From: Octopus vulgaris
Lineage: Eukaryota
Length of the DNA stretch: 64,000 nt
Direction: 5' to 3'
Assembly: GCA_951406725.2 (NCBI GenBank)
Contig: OX597814.1
Location: 1,240,001-1,304,000 of the forward strand
Under the pieces are notes generated by a model that did no database searches, had not been told where the DNA came from, and saw nothing but the letters and a program-made list of their open reading frames with translations. Shown piece by piece: positions 26,977 through 40,188 of the stretch. A program made the position numbers and the translations under genes. Numbering within the stretch: the first letter of the stretch is position 1; each line of letters opens with the position of its first letter.

Positions 26977-27062
26977 CTGTCAAACAGTGGCAGTTAATGT
27001 CAGATTAATAAACATAAAACGGAAAGACGAGGAAATGGATTCCAAGACAGATTTCCAGTTAC
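26977..27062 (-). other. Putative 86-nt intron in the CDC26 5' UTR
   Basis: Minus-strand donor GCG|GTAACT at 27062; branch-like CATTAAC followed by the acceptor TGTTTGACAG| at 26977. Confidence 0.55.
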
Positions 27063-27150
27063 CGCGCTTTTAGACCAACATGGTGGCTGACGGTGTCAGG
27101 CGAAATAATGTTCCTCCTTTATAAATAGACCGACCGGTCGTTGGCGAATG
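27063..27150 (-). promoter_or_regulatory. Candidate CDC26 promoter/first exon
   Basis: Unique CpG-containing sequence with TATA-like TTTATAAATA at ~27118-27127 and YY1-like AACATGGTGGC at ~27077-27087. Confidence 0.4.
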
Positions 27151-27180
27151 TTCTTTCTTGTATTGCTTAATTTAACAAAC

Positions 27181-27608
27181 TACTCTTTTACTTGTTTCAG
27201 TCATTTGACTGTGGCCATACTGGAGTATCGCCTTTAATCGAGCAAATCGACCCCAGTACCTTATTGTTTGTTAGTCTAGTACTTGTTCTTACAGTCTCTT
27301 TTGTCGAACAGCTAAGTTACGGGGACGTAAACACACCAGCATCGGTTGTCAAGCGATGTTGGGGGGGGGGGACAAAGACAGACACACAAACATATATACA
27401 CACACACATACCTATATATATATATATATACATACATACATATATACCACGGGCTTCTTTCAGTTTCCTTCTACCAAATCCACTCACAAGGCTTTGGTCG
27501 GCCCAAGGCTATAGTAGAAGACACTTGCCCAAGGTGCCACGCAGTGGGACTGAACCCGGTACGATGTGGTTGGTAAGCAAGCTACTTGCCACACATTCAC
27601 TCCTATGC
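27181..27608 (-). mobile_element. tRNA-derived SINE family 1, full length, just upstream of CDC26
   Basis: Colinear with 17975-18372. Confidence 0.88.
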
Positions 27609-30499
27609 CTATTATATATAAAGTAGAGAAAGGTCAAAGCTGTTTACACCTTTCAATTGCAATGTGGTCATTTGGTCATTCACATATACATACATGTGTA
27701 TATTGCGTATTTGCTATCACTTTCAATGCCCTCATATATCTACTGCAAACACCATCCCTGAGCCTCTCCTAGGTTTCTCCCCATCACTTGCCAACGTCAA
27801 CTCTATCCTGCCACTCGCCCAGTTCATCCCTCTACATCACTTCCCCTATCCTCACCACCTCCAATATCCTTCAAGGACAAGGCGGCGAGCTGGCAGAATC
27901 GTTAGCATGCCAGGCGAAATGCTTAGCGGTTTTTCGTACAGGACAGCTGTATAAAGAAGTGCTCATTGCTAAATGTGGAAGGAGCCTGTTGAAGCGGGAG
28001 ACCCAAGATGTGGGATGAAGTGACAAAGATCTCAAGATATTGAGCTTAGTGGAAGAGATGATGGCAGAGCAACATGAATGGCGATATGCAGTGCTTGAGA
28101 AGAATCATCCATCCCAACAGAATTGAGGTTCTGTCAAACCTTTCCCCACAACTCATCTTTTAACCCCCAAATGTGGTGCCCTATTTCCTTTCTTTCACTT
28201 CCTCTCTGCTGGATTCATATTCTCTGCAACCAGCTTTGTTCTTATCTCTAATCATCAGTCACACTGTTTCTCCACTGGACTCTTTACCTACTCTACCATT
28301 TACGGATTCGTTTGGATACTTACCCTCCGGCTGCACCTCTCCTACACACGGATCACAGTGAACTCTACTCTTGATGAGAAATCCTTGCAATACACCACGA
28401 CGTCTAAAAACCTTTGAACTTTACGTAAAACTGCTGCTATTATTGTCATTACTTTATTTTTATACTTTCTAAACTTTCCTGTGACCCTTCTGTCCGGCAC
28501 TAGTCGCCATGATAGATCATTAGCCATTACACACATTTTTTTCTCTCTTTGTTTTTTCTGTGTCCCTTTCTGTGGAAGAGCGTAGGCTCGAAACATAAAA
28601 GATTTTTTTCTATTCCTGAACGTTATACTAATACATCTGTTTGTTTTCTACACCACCTGTCTTCAAAGGGTCCTCAGTCAAACCATGATATTTTTTAACC
28701 CTTTTGATACCAACCTAGCTAAAAACCTCTGGCTCTTTAGTACAAATGTATATATATATATTATATTAAATTAGAGACAAAACCACTATTAGGCAAATCA
28801 AACAATGAAGAACTTAAGCCAATACATAAGATTATTTAATTTATATTATTTAAATATATAACAAAATTATTAAAAAATATATATATATATGCCTCATGTA
28901 CTATGATTACCTCCCACTCCCCAATCTTGTCCTCTTGGCCTCACTGCTTGCTTTCCCTGACCTGTGTGTCCTACCCACATGCCTTGTCTCACTCTATTAA
29001 TGCCATCTTCTCACCCACACATAACAACAAAACTTTTCCCTCACCCGACCCCAACAAACCAATCTACATCTCTTCTCTTTCTCGCATTTCCTCCTCCCTT
29101 CATTATGCCTAGGCTCTCACTCCCCAATCCTGTCCTTACAATCACTGCTACCCAGTAGCCCCTCCAACTCTATACACACCCAGGTCTTTCGTCACTTACC
29201 CGCACTCTTTAATCGCACTCCCTTCCCAATACCCTCTCACTTATATTATGACGTTCAAACCTCAAGGGTACGCCCTGGCACTTGCCACTATCTCTCTCTT
29301 CCTTTACTCAACCATTTCATTTATACTCTGATCCCCATTCCTTGTGAGCATCCCCGGCAGTTTGCCAGCATCTCCATCCTGTGGTCCCCCACTCTCTCTC
29401 TCTCTCTCTCTCTTCTTCTCCTGCACTTCCCTCAGGTTGGGCAACCATGTATTTTCTTTGCAGTAGCACACCTGTTTCTGTTTTCATTCCTAATCTTTCT
29501 CTCTCCGGCCAGGTAACCTTGTGCTTCCTCTTCAGCAAGACACCTTTATCTGTCTCACTATAACCTTTCCATCATCACCTCCTCCAATGCCTCCCCACCC
29601 TCTTGAAGGTTTTTGCTTTGCAAGTACTTGGGGACCCTGTCAGTGCAGGTGCCACTTAAAAACACCCAGTCCACACTGTAAAGTGGTTAGTATTTCGAAG
29701 AGTATCCAGCTGTAAAAACCTTGCCAAAACTGACCTCGCCTGTGTTTGTGCCACATAAAAAGCACTAATTTCTGTAGAAATAACCTTAACAAAAAGCACT
29801 AAGTCCATTCTGCTGAGTGGTCAGTGTTAGGAAGGGCATCCAGCATTAAAAATCCAGCCAAAAGAGTCACAGAAGTCTGGTGCAGGCATCTGCCTGGCCA
29901 GCTCTTGTGGTAGTATCCCACCCATGCTAGCATGGAACACAGACATTTCCTGTTGCTCTAGTCCACTCAGCTGACAAGAATAGGTATTCTTGCAGTGGAC
30001 CGGCGCCCTGTCCAGAACAGAAATACATATTCCATGGAAAACAAGACGCCGACCCTCTCAGTCTATACAACTTGGGAACAATTTTTATCCTTTTTTTTAT
30101 ACACACACGGAGGCAAAGTGGTTGAGTTCCTTTCAAGTGTTGGGCCTCACAGAGGCAATGACCAAAACCTTTGGCATTATGTTGTACTTGAGAAGACCCA
30201 TCAAGCCAAGTGAAATTGCAGTTATGGCAGATACTGTTGTTGCACAAATGGCACCCATACCGGTGGCACATAAAAGCACCCATTACATTCTCGGAGTGGT
30301 TGGCATTAGGAAGGGCATCAAGCCATAGGAAACCATGCCAAATCAGAGTGGAACTCAATGCAGTCTTTTGGCTTTTAAGATCCTATCAGGTCATCTAACC
30401 CATGCCAGCATGGAAGATGGACGTCAAATGAGGGAAAATACCCAGGGATGCCTACTGCCTGAAAACTTAATAGATAAGTGGGTGCTGTCTTACATTATA

Positions 30500-30960
30500 T
30501 CATGGTAGTGGTGGAATTGTTGTCGCTGTGTTGGTGGTGGTAGTGGTAATAAAATTGTTGTTGTTGTTAATGACGATAATGGTAGTGGTGGTGGTAGTGG
30601 CGCTGATGGTGGCGGTGGTGGTGATGGGGTTGGGTGGTTTTGATGATGGTGGTGGTGGTGGTGGTGGTGGTGGTGATGGTAGTGATGGTGATGGCAATGG
30701 TAATACTCGCGGTGGTGTTGATTGCTAGTGGTGTACACGATGATGGTGGTGGTGGTGATGATGATAGCAGTGAGCATGTGACGGTGGTGGTGGCAGTGGT
30801 GATGTTGATGGTGATGATTGTACAAATGATGATGATGATAGTGATGATGATGAGGATGGTGGAGGCATTGGTCATTACAGCAGTGGCAATAATAATGATG
30901 ACACCAACAACGATAACTAAAACAACAACAACAACAACAATGGCAATAATGATGAATGAA
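30500..30960. repeat. Compound trinucleotide low-complexity tract (GGT/GAT/AAC)
   Basis: Direct inspection. It produces homopolymeric ORFs in several frames. Confidence 0.9.
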
Positions 30961-31386
30961 AAAAAATGAATAACCAAAAAAAAAAAACCAACAAAAAATA
31001 TTAAAAAAAAGACTATTATTTGGTTAAAGTAGTGACCCATTGTTCGTCTAATGGAGCAAGACTGGGGTAAATGACCAGGTGTGTTTGTATTGAGCGTCTA
31101 ATTAAATCAGAAACTACCTGGTGTTGAGAAGGGGAAAAAAATCTCCGTTCCAAAACCAGGTTTCTTTTGATTTTAATCACAAACATTTCTGCCGTATTTA
31201 AATATGTCACAGACACCATCGACAACAATGGAACCCGTCCGACAAGTTGCAACATTAAAAGCCTTTTCTATGTTGTTGCTATTACCATCATGTATTTTTA
31301 CTGCATGATTTTTCAATGCCTCTGCAGCAAAATCTTTGACAAATATATTCAGGAATCAATCAATACTCAGAGAAGCTGGAATAAAT

Positions 31387-31640
31387 GGCATACGGCACAG
31401 TGGTTAAGAGTGCGGGCTACTAATCCCAAGATTCCAAGTTCGATTCCAGGCAGTGACCAGAATAATGATAATAATAATAATAATAATAGTAATAATAACA
31501 TTGAAAAATATCTTAGGAATGAGAAGCCAAGTTTGAAATTTCTCCAAGACCCCTGATGAAGGCTGGAGGGTATATCAGCCGAAACGTTTTGTGAACAACA
31601 AACAAGATGTGGACAAATATCCGTCAAATGTAAATAATGG
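31387..31640 (+). mobile_element. tRNA-headed short element carrying a family-A hammerhead motif
   Basis: A-box-like CGGCACAGTGG and B-box GTTCGATTCC, an (AAT)n linker, then CTGATGA A GGCTG..CAGCC GAAACGTT at 31553-31588. Confidence 0.72.
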
Positions 31641-33206
31641 AAATAATGGAAATGAATTTGTAGGATTCCTTATTCATTATAGAGTTTGGGGTTTTATCAT
31701 AGGGAGAGGGAGGTGAGAGAGAAAGAGGAACAGGAGGGGAGAGAGAGAGAGAGAAATTAAAGTTGATTAAACAGATGAGTGGAACTGAAGATATAAATAG
31801 TGATGCAGAGGAATGGCTGTGTGGTAAAAAAGCTTGATTTCTAACCATAGGATAACAAGTTCAATTCCATTGTATAGCACCTTGGACAACATGTCACCAT
31901 CTAAATGTGGTTGATGCCAGTGCCTCTTGACTGGCTCCTGTGCCGGTGGCACATAAAAAGCATTATTCCAACTTGATCAATGCCAGGGCCACATGACCAG
32001 CTTCCATGCCGGAAAAAGCATCCACTACACTTGGAGTGGTTGGCATTAGGAAGAGCATCCAGCTGTAAAAACTCTGCCAGATCAGATTGGAGCCTGGGGC
32101 AACCGCTGGCTTCCCAGACCCCAGTCGAACCGTCCAACCCATGCCAGCATGGAAAACGGACGTTAAACAATGATGATGATGATGATATATATATATATAA
32201 ATACATAGATATACACACAGATATATACACATGTGTATATATATATATATATATCATCATCATCATCGTTTAACGTCCGTTTTCCATGCTAGCATGGGTT
32301 GGACGGTTCGACTGGGGTCTGGGAAGCCTGAAGGCTGCACCAGGCTCCAGTCTTATCTGGCAGTGTTTCTACAGCTGGATGCCCTTCCTAATGCCAACCA
32401 CTCCATGAGTGTAGTGAGTGCTTTTTACGTGCCACCAGCACAAGTGCCAGGGGAGGCTGGCAACAGCCACGATTGGCTGGTGCTTAAAATTTTTGGCTAT
32501 TGAAGCAACCAGTAAATCATACATTTTTCATTTGAAAAGGGTTATTTGAAGATTGAAACTCATAACAGAGTAACTCACTGTAAACATTATCATTAAAATA
32601 AAAATTATCCTCACAAAAAGCCATCTCTAATCATTTTTTCAAATATATATGTGTGTGTGTGTGTATTTACATGCATACATATATGTTTATATGTATATAA
32701 GCATGTACAAATGTGTGTGTGAGTGCACGTATGTTTGTAACTTCTTGTCCAGACGTCTCGCAATTGTCATAAATGAATGTCAGTCATGCGGGCAGCGTCA
32801 TTCGCTTCCAACATTCTGCAAGAATATGTCTGGCCATAGAGATGCATTACCTTGCCGTGAGACAGGTAAAAAGTTGGGAAGAGCATCCAGCCAGAGATAA
32901 TCTGTTGCAATGAACTTCATCTGACCCACACAAGCATGGAAAAGTGGACGTTAACATGATGAAGACAATGATGATGATGATAATGATATATCATATTATC
33001 ACCACCACCACCACCACCACCACCACCACTCATCATCATTTCATTTCTGTCCTCCATGATGACATGGAATGGATATTCTGAGAGGTTCCAATAGGTCAAG
33101 GGACCATGTCTTGTGCCACTGTCTCAAACTGGTCATGGGTTTTTATTGGTAGATGCTTTCCTAGCACCCCACTCTCTCTCTTTCTCTTTCTCTCTCTCTC
33201 TCTCTT

Positions 33207-33274
<68 letters not shown>

Positions 33275-33488
33275 CATATATATAGATGCAGGAGTGGCTG
33301 TGTGGTAAGTATAGGCACAGGAATAGCTTTGTGGTAAGTATCTTGCTTACCAACCACATGGTTCTGGGTTCAGTCCCACTGCATGGCACCTTGGGCAAGT
33401 GTCTTCTACTATATCCTCAGGCTGACCAAAGCCTTGTGAGTGAATTTAGTAGATGGAAGCTGAAAGAAGCCCGTTGTGTATGTGTGTG

Positions 33489-33556
<68 letters not shown>

Positions 33557-33559
<3 letters not shown>

Positions 33560-36064
33560 TCATCATCATCATCATCGTTTAACGTCCGCTTTCCGCGCTA
33601 GCACGGGTTGGACGGTTTGACCGGGTCTGGGAAGCCAGGGGCCGCACCAGGCTCCAGTCTGAATCTGGCAGAGTTTCTACGGCTGGATGCCCTTCCTAAC
33701 GCCAACCACTCCGTGAGTGGATTGGGTGCTTTTTACGTGCCACCTGCACAGGGGCCGGAGGGTCCGGCATCGTCACGGTCGGTTCGAGCATTTTAACGTG
33801 TCAGCGGCACGGGGGCAACGAGGTCCGGGGTACTTTGGGGATCGGGGTACTTTGGGGATCCAGGGTACTTTGGGGATCCGGGGTACTTAGAATGGGTAGG
33901 GGGTATGTGGAATTGCTGCAGAAAGCAGCCCGGGTCTTTGTAGTCACAGCATTTATCGTCACTGAGTAACGTAATTAGGTAGAGGAAAGAAATACAGATA
34001 TTCTAGAGTTGAGTTGGAGAGGGGGGTCCAGTTGAGGAGGGTAATATAGGAGAGCAACCAGTGGGGAAGGTTGGGGTAAGGAGGAACGATGGCAGGAAGG
34101 GTTGGTGTAGGTTCCTAAGAAATAAAGACATTCGTTATCGTCACTGAGTAACGTTATTAGAAAGAGGAAAGAAATACAGATATTCTAGAGTTGAGTTGGG
34201 GAGGGGGGTCCAGTTGAGGCGGGTAATATAGGGGAGCAACCAGTGGGGAAGGTTGGGGTAAGGAGGAACGATGGCAGGAAGGGTTGGTGTAGGTTCCTAA
34301 GAAATAAAAACGTAGGATATTACGAGGCGGGAGGGTGCTAAAGGGGATGGTCGGAATGAGGCAGTGTCAGGAGGAAGCGTAAGATCGGTGGGCAGTTGAT
34401 GAGCTATGGCGCTAGCAGCTTGTCTTTTCACAGTGAAAGCATATGAGGAGAAGGGGTAGTGGGGGGAGGAGGAGGGAGTAGGGCGTACCCGGTGTAGATG
34501 AGTAAGGCGTATCCGGTGTAGATGGTGAGAACAGGGTATACTGGTATTGGTGGTGGGGGGTGAGAACAGTGTTCACCGGTATTGGTGGTGGTGGCGGTGA
34601 GAACAGTGTTCACCGGTATTGGTGGTGGGGGTGAGAACAGTGTTCATCGGTATTGGTGGTGGGGGTGGGGGGGGCGGGCGCACCGCCAATGGCTGAAAGA
34701 TGGGAAGAGATGGGATTACGGCTTGAGGTAGCCTAAGGTTAAATTTTGTAGAGAGAGAGAGATAGGAAAGATAAATCAAGTTATGGCGAAGGCTTGAAAG
34801 TAGCCTAAAAGGTTAAATTTTCGTAACAATGTATGAATAAACGTAGTAACAACGAATAAAAATAGTAAGATAAATTTTTAAGAACTTGCTGCGGACATCG
34901 ATCGGGAGTTGAAATTGAAGAAGAAAGTAAGTTGAATTGGGAATTTAAATTGTAGAATCGTAATGGTAATGGCGATTTTCAAGTTTTAGCATAAGAAGAA
35001 GAAGAGGAGGAAAAAGACCGCCAATGGCTGAAAGATGGGAAGAGATGGGATTACGGCTTGAGGTAGCCTAAGGTTAAATTTTGTAGAGAGAGAGATAGGA
35101 AAGATAAATCAAGTTATGGCGAAGGCTTGAAAGTAGCCTAAAAGGTTAAATTTTCGTAACAATGTATGAATAAACGTAGTAACAACGAATAAAAATAGTA
35201 AGATAAATTTTTAAGAACTTGCTGCGGACATCGATCGGGAGTTGAAATTGAAGAAGAAAGTAAGTTGAATTGGGAATTTAAATTGTAGAATCGTAATGGT
35301 AATGGCGATTTTCAAGTTTTAGCATAAGAAGAAGAAGAGGAGGAAAAAGACCGCCAATGTCTGAAAGATGGGAAGAGATGGGATTACGGCTTGAGGTAGC
35401 CTAAGGTTAAATTTTGTAGAGAGAGAGATAGGAAAGATAAATCAAGTTATGGCGAAGGCTTGAAAGTAGCCTAAAAGGTTAAATTTTCGTAACAATGTAT
35501 GAATAAACGTAGTAACAACGAATAAAAATAGTAAGATAAATTTTTAAGAACTTGCTGCGGACATCGATCGGGAGTTGAAATTGAAGAAGAAAGTAAGTTG
35601 AATTGGGAATTTAAATTGTAGAATCGTAATGGTAATGGCGATTTTCAAGTTTTAGCATAAGAAGAAGAAGAGGAGGAAAAGACCGCCAATGGCTGAAAGA
35701 TGGGAAGAGATGGGATTACGGCTTGAGGTAGCCTAAGGTTAAATTTTGTAGAGAGAGAGATAGGAAAGATAAATCAAGTTATGGCGAAGGCTTGAAAGTA
35801 GCCTAAAAGGTTAAATTTTCGTAACAATGTATGAATAAACGTAGTAACAACGAATAAAAATAGTAAGATAAATTTTTAAGAACTTGCTGCGGACATCGAT
35901 CGGGAGTTGAAATTGAAGAAGAAAGTAAGTTGAATTGGGAATTTAAATTGTAGAATCGTAATGGTAATGGCGATTTTCAAGTTTTAGCATAAGAAGAAGA
36001 AGAGGAGGAAAAAGACCGCCAATGGCTGAAAGATGGGAAGAGATGGGATTACGGCTTGAGGTAG

Positions 36065-36067
<3 letters not shown>
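33557..36067 (-). mobile_element. Chimeric ~2.5-kb insertion: RTE 3' end with (GAT)n tail joined to non-RTE, internally repeated 5' sequence
   Basis: RTE tail/3' UTR at 33557-33952, a ~182-bp direct duplication at 33953-34310, and a 333-bp array. Flanked on both sides by (TA)n of a split SINE. Confidence 0.7.
34682..36067. repeat. Tandem repeat, ~333-bp unit, four copies plus a partial fifth
   Basis: ACCGCCAATG starts at 34682, 35017, 35350, 35682 and 36015; copies are nearly identical. Confidence 0.95.
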
Positions 36068-36106
<39 letters not shown>

Positions 36107-36566
36107 AGTATATGTTTGTGTGTCTGTGTTTGTCCTCCCAACATCGTTTGACAACCTATGCTGGTGTGCTTACATCCCCGTAACCTAACAGTTCAGCAAA
36201 AGAGACCTATAGAATAAGTACTAGGCTTACAAAGAATAAGTCATGGGGTCGATTTGCTCGACTAAAGGCAGTGCTCCAGCATGGCCACAGTCAAATGACA
36301 GAAACAAGTAAAAGAGTAAAAGAGTATATATAATATATATGGTTGAGTCCTGTCTTGCATCTGATGTAAATAGAAGATTTAATTTGCATCATAATGTATT
36401 CATTAGCAACATGGTTGCTTAATTAATTACTTATGCAAGGCACACCATAAACTTTGCTAGTTTGCTAAGATTAAATTGCAGATTATACAATGTGTTATGT
36501 TATGTGTAAGTTACACACACACACATACATACACAAGCATACACATAGTAATATAGATATACATTC

Positions 36567-36616
<50 letters not shown>

Positions 36617-37276
36617 TACATATACATACACACACACATAAATATACACATGTGTGTGTACATATACATACATAAACTGGTAGTGTAATAAGGTTTCATT
36701 AGCTGTCTGCAGAAGACATCCATATACATTTTTACATACATGCAAGCATGTATCCATCCAAACATACATGCATACGTACATCATACATACACACTCTCTC
36801 TCTCTCTCTCTCTTTCTCTCTCATATACATTTTCATATGCATGTTTCTCAATAAACGCACATCATACATACAAATACACACTCACACACACAAATATATA
36901 TTGTCATGTAGTTTGCATCCATTCGGCCTGCCGAGCTATTGTGGTTGTTACTGGATTCTACAAAAGTGCATAAAGCTTCTCTCCACCTTTGACCAACACC
37001 GTAGAGCTGGATCAACAGTCAGCAGTCAGACATTAGTCCTTAGTCCGTGGACTGAGAGGCAAGGCTAGTCGCACGGCCTCTTGAGAACAAACAGATTAGG
37101 GAGTTTACACATAATACACACACACACGCACACAAATATATATACTTAAATATATACATACAGACATATACCTATACAGATACATACACACACATATACA
37201 TATTTAAACACACAACCACCCCTCCACTGATACATACACACATATGTACTTAATATATACATAGACATATTTATAA

Positions 37277-37327
<51 letters not shown>

Positions 37328-37576
37328 CACACAACCCATTGATAACACACACACACACACACACATACATATGTACTTAAATATATACATAGACATATTT
37401 ATAAATACATACATATATACATACATACATATATACGTACATATATATTTATATACACAACCCATCCATTGATAACACACACACACAATCCTTATGTGTA
37501 AAGTGATTTTAAACTGAATAAGATGTTTCATAGCAAACTGATATTCTAAGTCCATTTTGGGTCATTTTGTCCAAAG

Positions 37577-37596
37577 GCAGTCACCGTAAGCATGAG
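37577..37596 (+). CDS. Candidate upstream micro-exon or start exon of the Roco-like gene
   Basis: Consensus donor GAG|GTAAGT at 37597. ATG AG| (37592-37596) is phase 2 and joins exon A to give MRTARIFLLG. Alternatively a 20-nt exon encoding AVTVSMR. Confidence 0.35.
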
Positions 37597-37881
37597 GTAA
37601 GTTCGGAATGTTATTACATTTTGTTGCTATGGAGACAAAGAGGAATTATAATTTGTATTTGTTTAGCCCCAGGTCAACCTTCATTGGTAAAACCCATGAT
37701 CAAAGGTGTTCCAGGCATGACTATTCTCCTTTGTTTTTCAGTCATAGTATATCTTGGAATGTATTATCTAAAATGTTCTTAGTTTCTTTTTAAGATGGTA
37801 CTAAACAGTTTTGAGTAAATTTGGCCGCTTGACTTTTTTTCCATATGTATATATATCAACTTGTGTGTTCCTTTTCAACCT

Positions 37882-37955
<74 letters not shown>

Positions 37956-38276
37956 TATGATGTGTTGTGAATTTATGGAAAGAAACCCCATAAAACTCAA
38001 CAAATTTGTTAAAAAATGGAGAAGAGAAGATGTTAAAATATAGAAGAGGATTTTAATTCATGCAGATGATTGTTTTGTACAGAGATATAAAAATCATGCA
38101 AATTCATGGTTTAATTAAATTAATTATATATCACTGTACTCTCCAATGCAAGAAGTATAAACAAAATTTTTACAAAGGACTTGAGAAAGGAAATCGTAGA
38201 CTAGAATTTAGGATTTTCTTATTTATCCTTATGAGAGAAAGAGATGTGAGTCCAGTTAGGTGTATATTTATCATTC

Positions 38277-38515
38277 TTAATCCTTTTGTTACCAACCCAG
38301 CTGAAACCGGCTCTGGCTCTGGCTCTGAATACAAATGTCTTGTTTCCATAAGTTTTGAATTAAAATCTTCCACCACCTACTCATAAGTCACAATTTATAT
38401 TCCTAACACTAGCTTAATGATAACGAAGTTATTTTACTAAATTCTTTGTTATATTTAAAATTGATTGAAAGAAACACAGAACATCTCAACAGAAATACAG
38501 TAACGAAAGGGTTAA
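38277..38515. mobile_element. Dispersed full-length copy of the piggyBac-like MITE that forms the satellite
   Basis: TTAA...TTAA flanks, terminal inverted repeats ((C/T)CCTTTTGTTAC / GTAACGAAAGGG), and an internal sequence colinear with the satellite monomer. Confidence 0.88.
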
Positions 38516-39065
38516 ACAAGAATATTACTGACAGTGACTTTGAAGCCTCAGCTAGCTAAGCCATCATCCGCTGATGGCTTAACTGGCAATAATATTAAGT
38601 CACTGCCAATAATGTTATCTTTGCTTAAGAATAATAAATTTGTGCCCAAGAAAAAAAGTATGGAGTAACCCATCAGATTAATGTAAAATTGCTTTTTTAT
38701 TATTATTGAACATAAACACAAACATCAACACACTCACGCATACACACACACAAATACATGATAATGATGATCATCATCATCAAGATCGTCGTCATCGTCG
38801 TTGTCATCGTCATCATCATCATTGTTTAATGTCCGCTTTCCATGCTGACATGGGTTGGATGGTTTGACTAAGGACTGGCAATCCAGGAGGCTGCACCAGG
38901 CTCCAATCTGATCTATCAATGTTTCCACAGCTGGATGCCCTTCCTAATACCAACCACTTCAAGAGTGTAGTGGGTGCTTCTTTACGTGCCACCAGCATGG
39001 GGGCCAGTCAGGTGGCACTGACATCGACAATGCTCAAATGGTACTTTTTACGTGCCACCAGCACT

Positions 39066-39110
<45 letters not shown>

Positions 39111-40188
39111 TTGTTTGCATTTGTATTGTGTACCACTTCTCTGCTTTTTTCCATCCTTGTTTTCATGTGCAATGGTGCTCTAAGCTTGCAAAAGATGATC
39201 TGGAACTCGACTGAGGACAGAAAACTCCGAATGACCCGTCCTTGTTTTTTCTTGTATCATCTGACTGTCTGGATGTCTTGTTGTCACCTGTTGTATTCTT
39301 GTCCCATTTTTTGTATTCTTTTTTATATACATATATATATACATATATATATATATAGCAGCGTAGGTACACTTTGGTCATTTATATGTGAGAATAAATA
39401 TATATATCTAAATTTTGTACAACTCCCTTATTCTTTCATTCTTTCTTTCTTTTAGTCCCTTTTTTCTTTCCATTCTCACATTTCTTGGTCTTCCCTTCAT
39501 TCTCACCTTCCCTCCTCTTTCAGTTCACTCTGTCCCTTTTCTTTTTCTCTCCTCTTTCCCTAATTCTTCTATCCCTCTTCTTCTACCTCTCTCCTCTCCT
39601 CCCACCTGACCGGTGATCTGCCAAACCTGACCTTTCTTGGTTCGACTACCATCCGTGCAATACTTACCTTCTTGTACCCTGAGAACATTCCCTGACACCT
39701 CATCACTCTCGTGATTGGCTTCTTTCCAGCAACTCCCATCGACCCTTATATGATGTGGGGTAGCCTTGCATCTATTGATACCCGTGCTTGTCCCTGTATC
39801 ATTTTTCAGCCTCTCAACACCTGGCATAAACTGAGGGGTTTTTGACGACCCCTACCAGTACTAGTGCCATGTACAAAGCATTCAGAACCCCCTGTAAAAT
39901 GGCCGATGTTAGGAAGGGCATCCAAGCGTAGAAACTGTAGAACCATAACCAAGGCAGACATTGGAGCTTGATGCAGCTGTGTGGCTCGTTGGATCCTGTT
40001 GAACCATCCGACCCTTTCTCCAGCATGGACAGCATACATTAAAGAATGATGAGATACATACAACTCTCTCTGCCTTTGTCTTTACACATCCATCTCTCTC
40101 TTTCTCTCTCTTTATATATATACACATATAAATTAATAATATCAGGGTAATAAAGATTTTAGAAATTTTTACTACCAGTGTAGTAACA

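Noticed and set aside
26426-27008. 133-168 aa ORFs overlapping CDC26
   Set aside because: Alternative-frame or antisense shadows of a GC-richer exon; only the CDC26 frame has a recognisable motif.
30490-31040. His-, Thr-, Val- and Gly-rich ORFs
   Set aside because: Translations of trinucleotide microsatellites in multiple frames.
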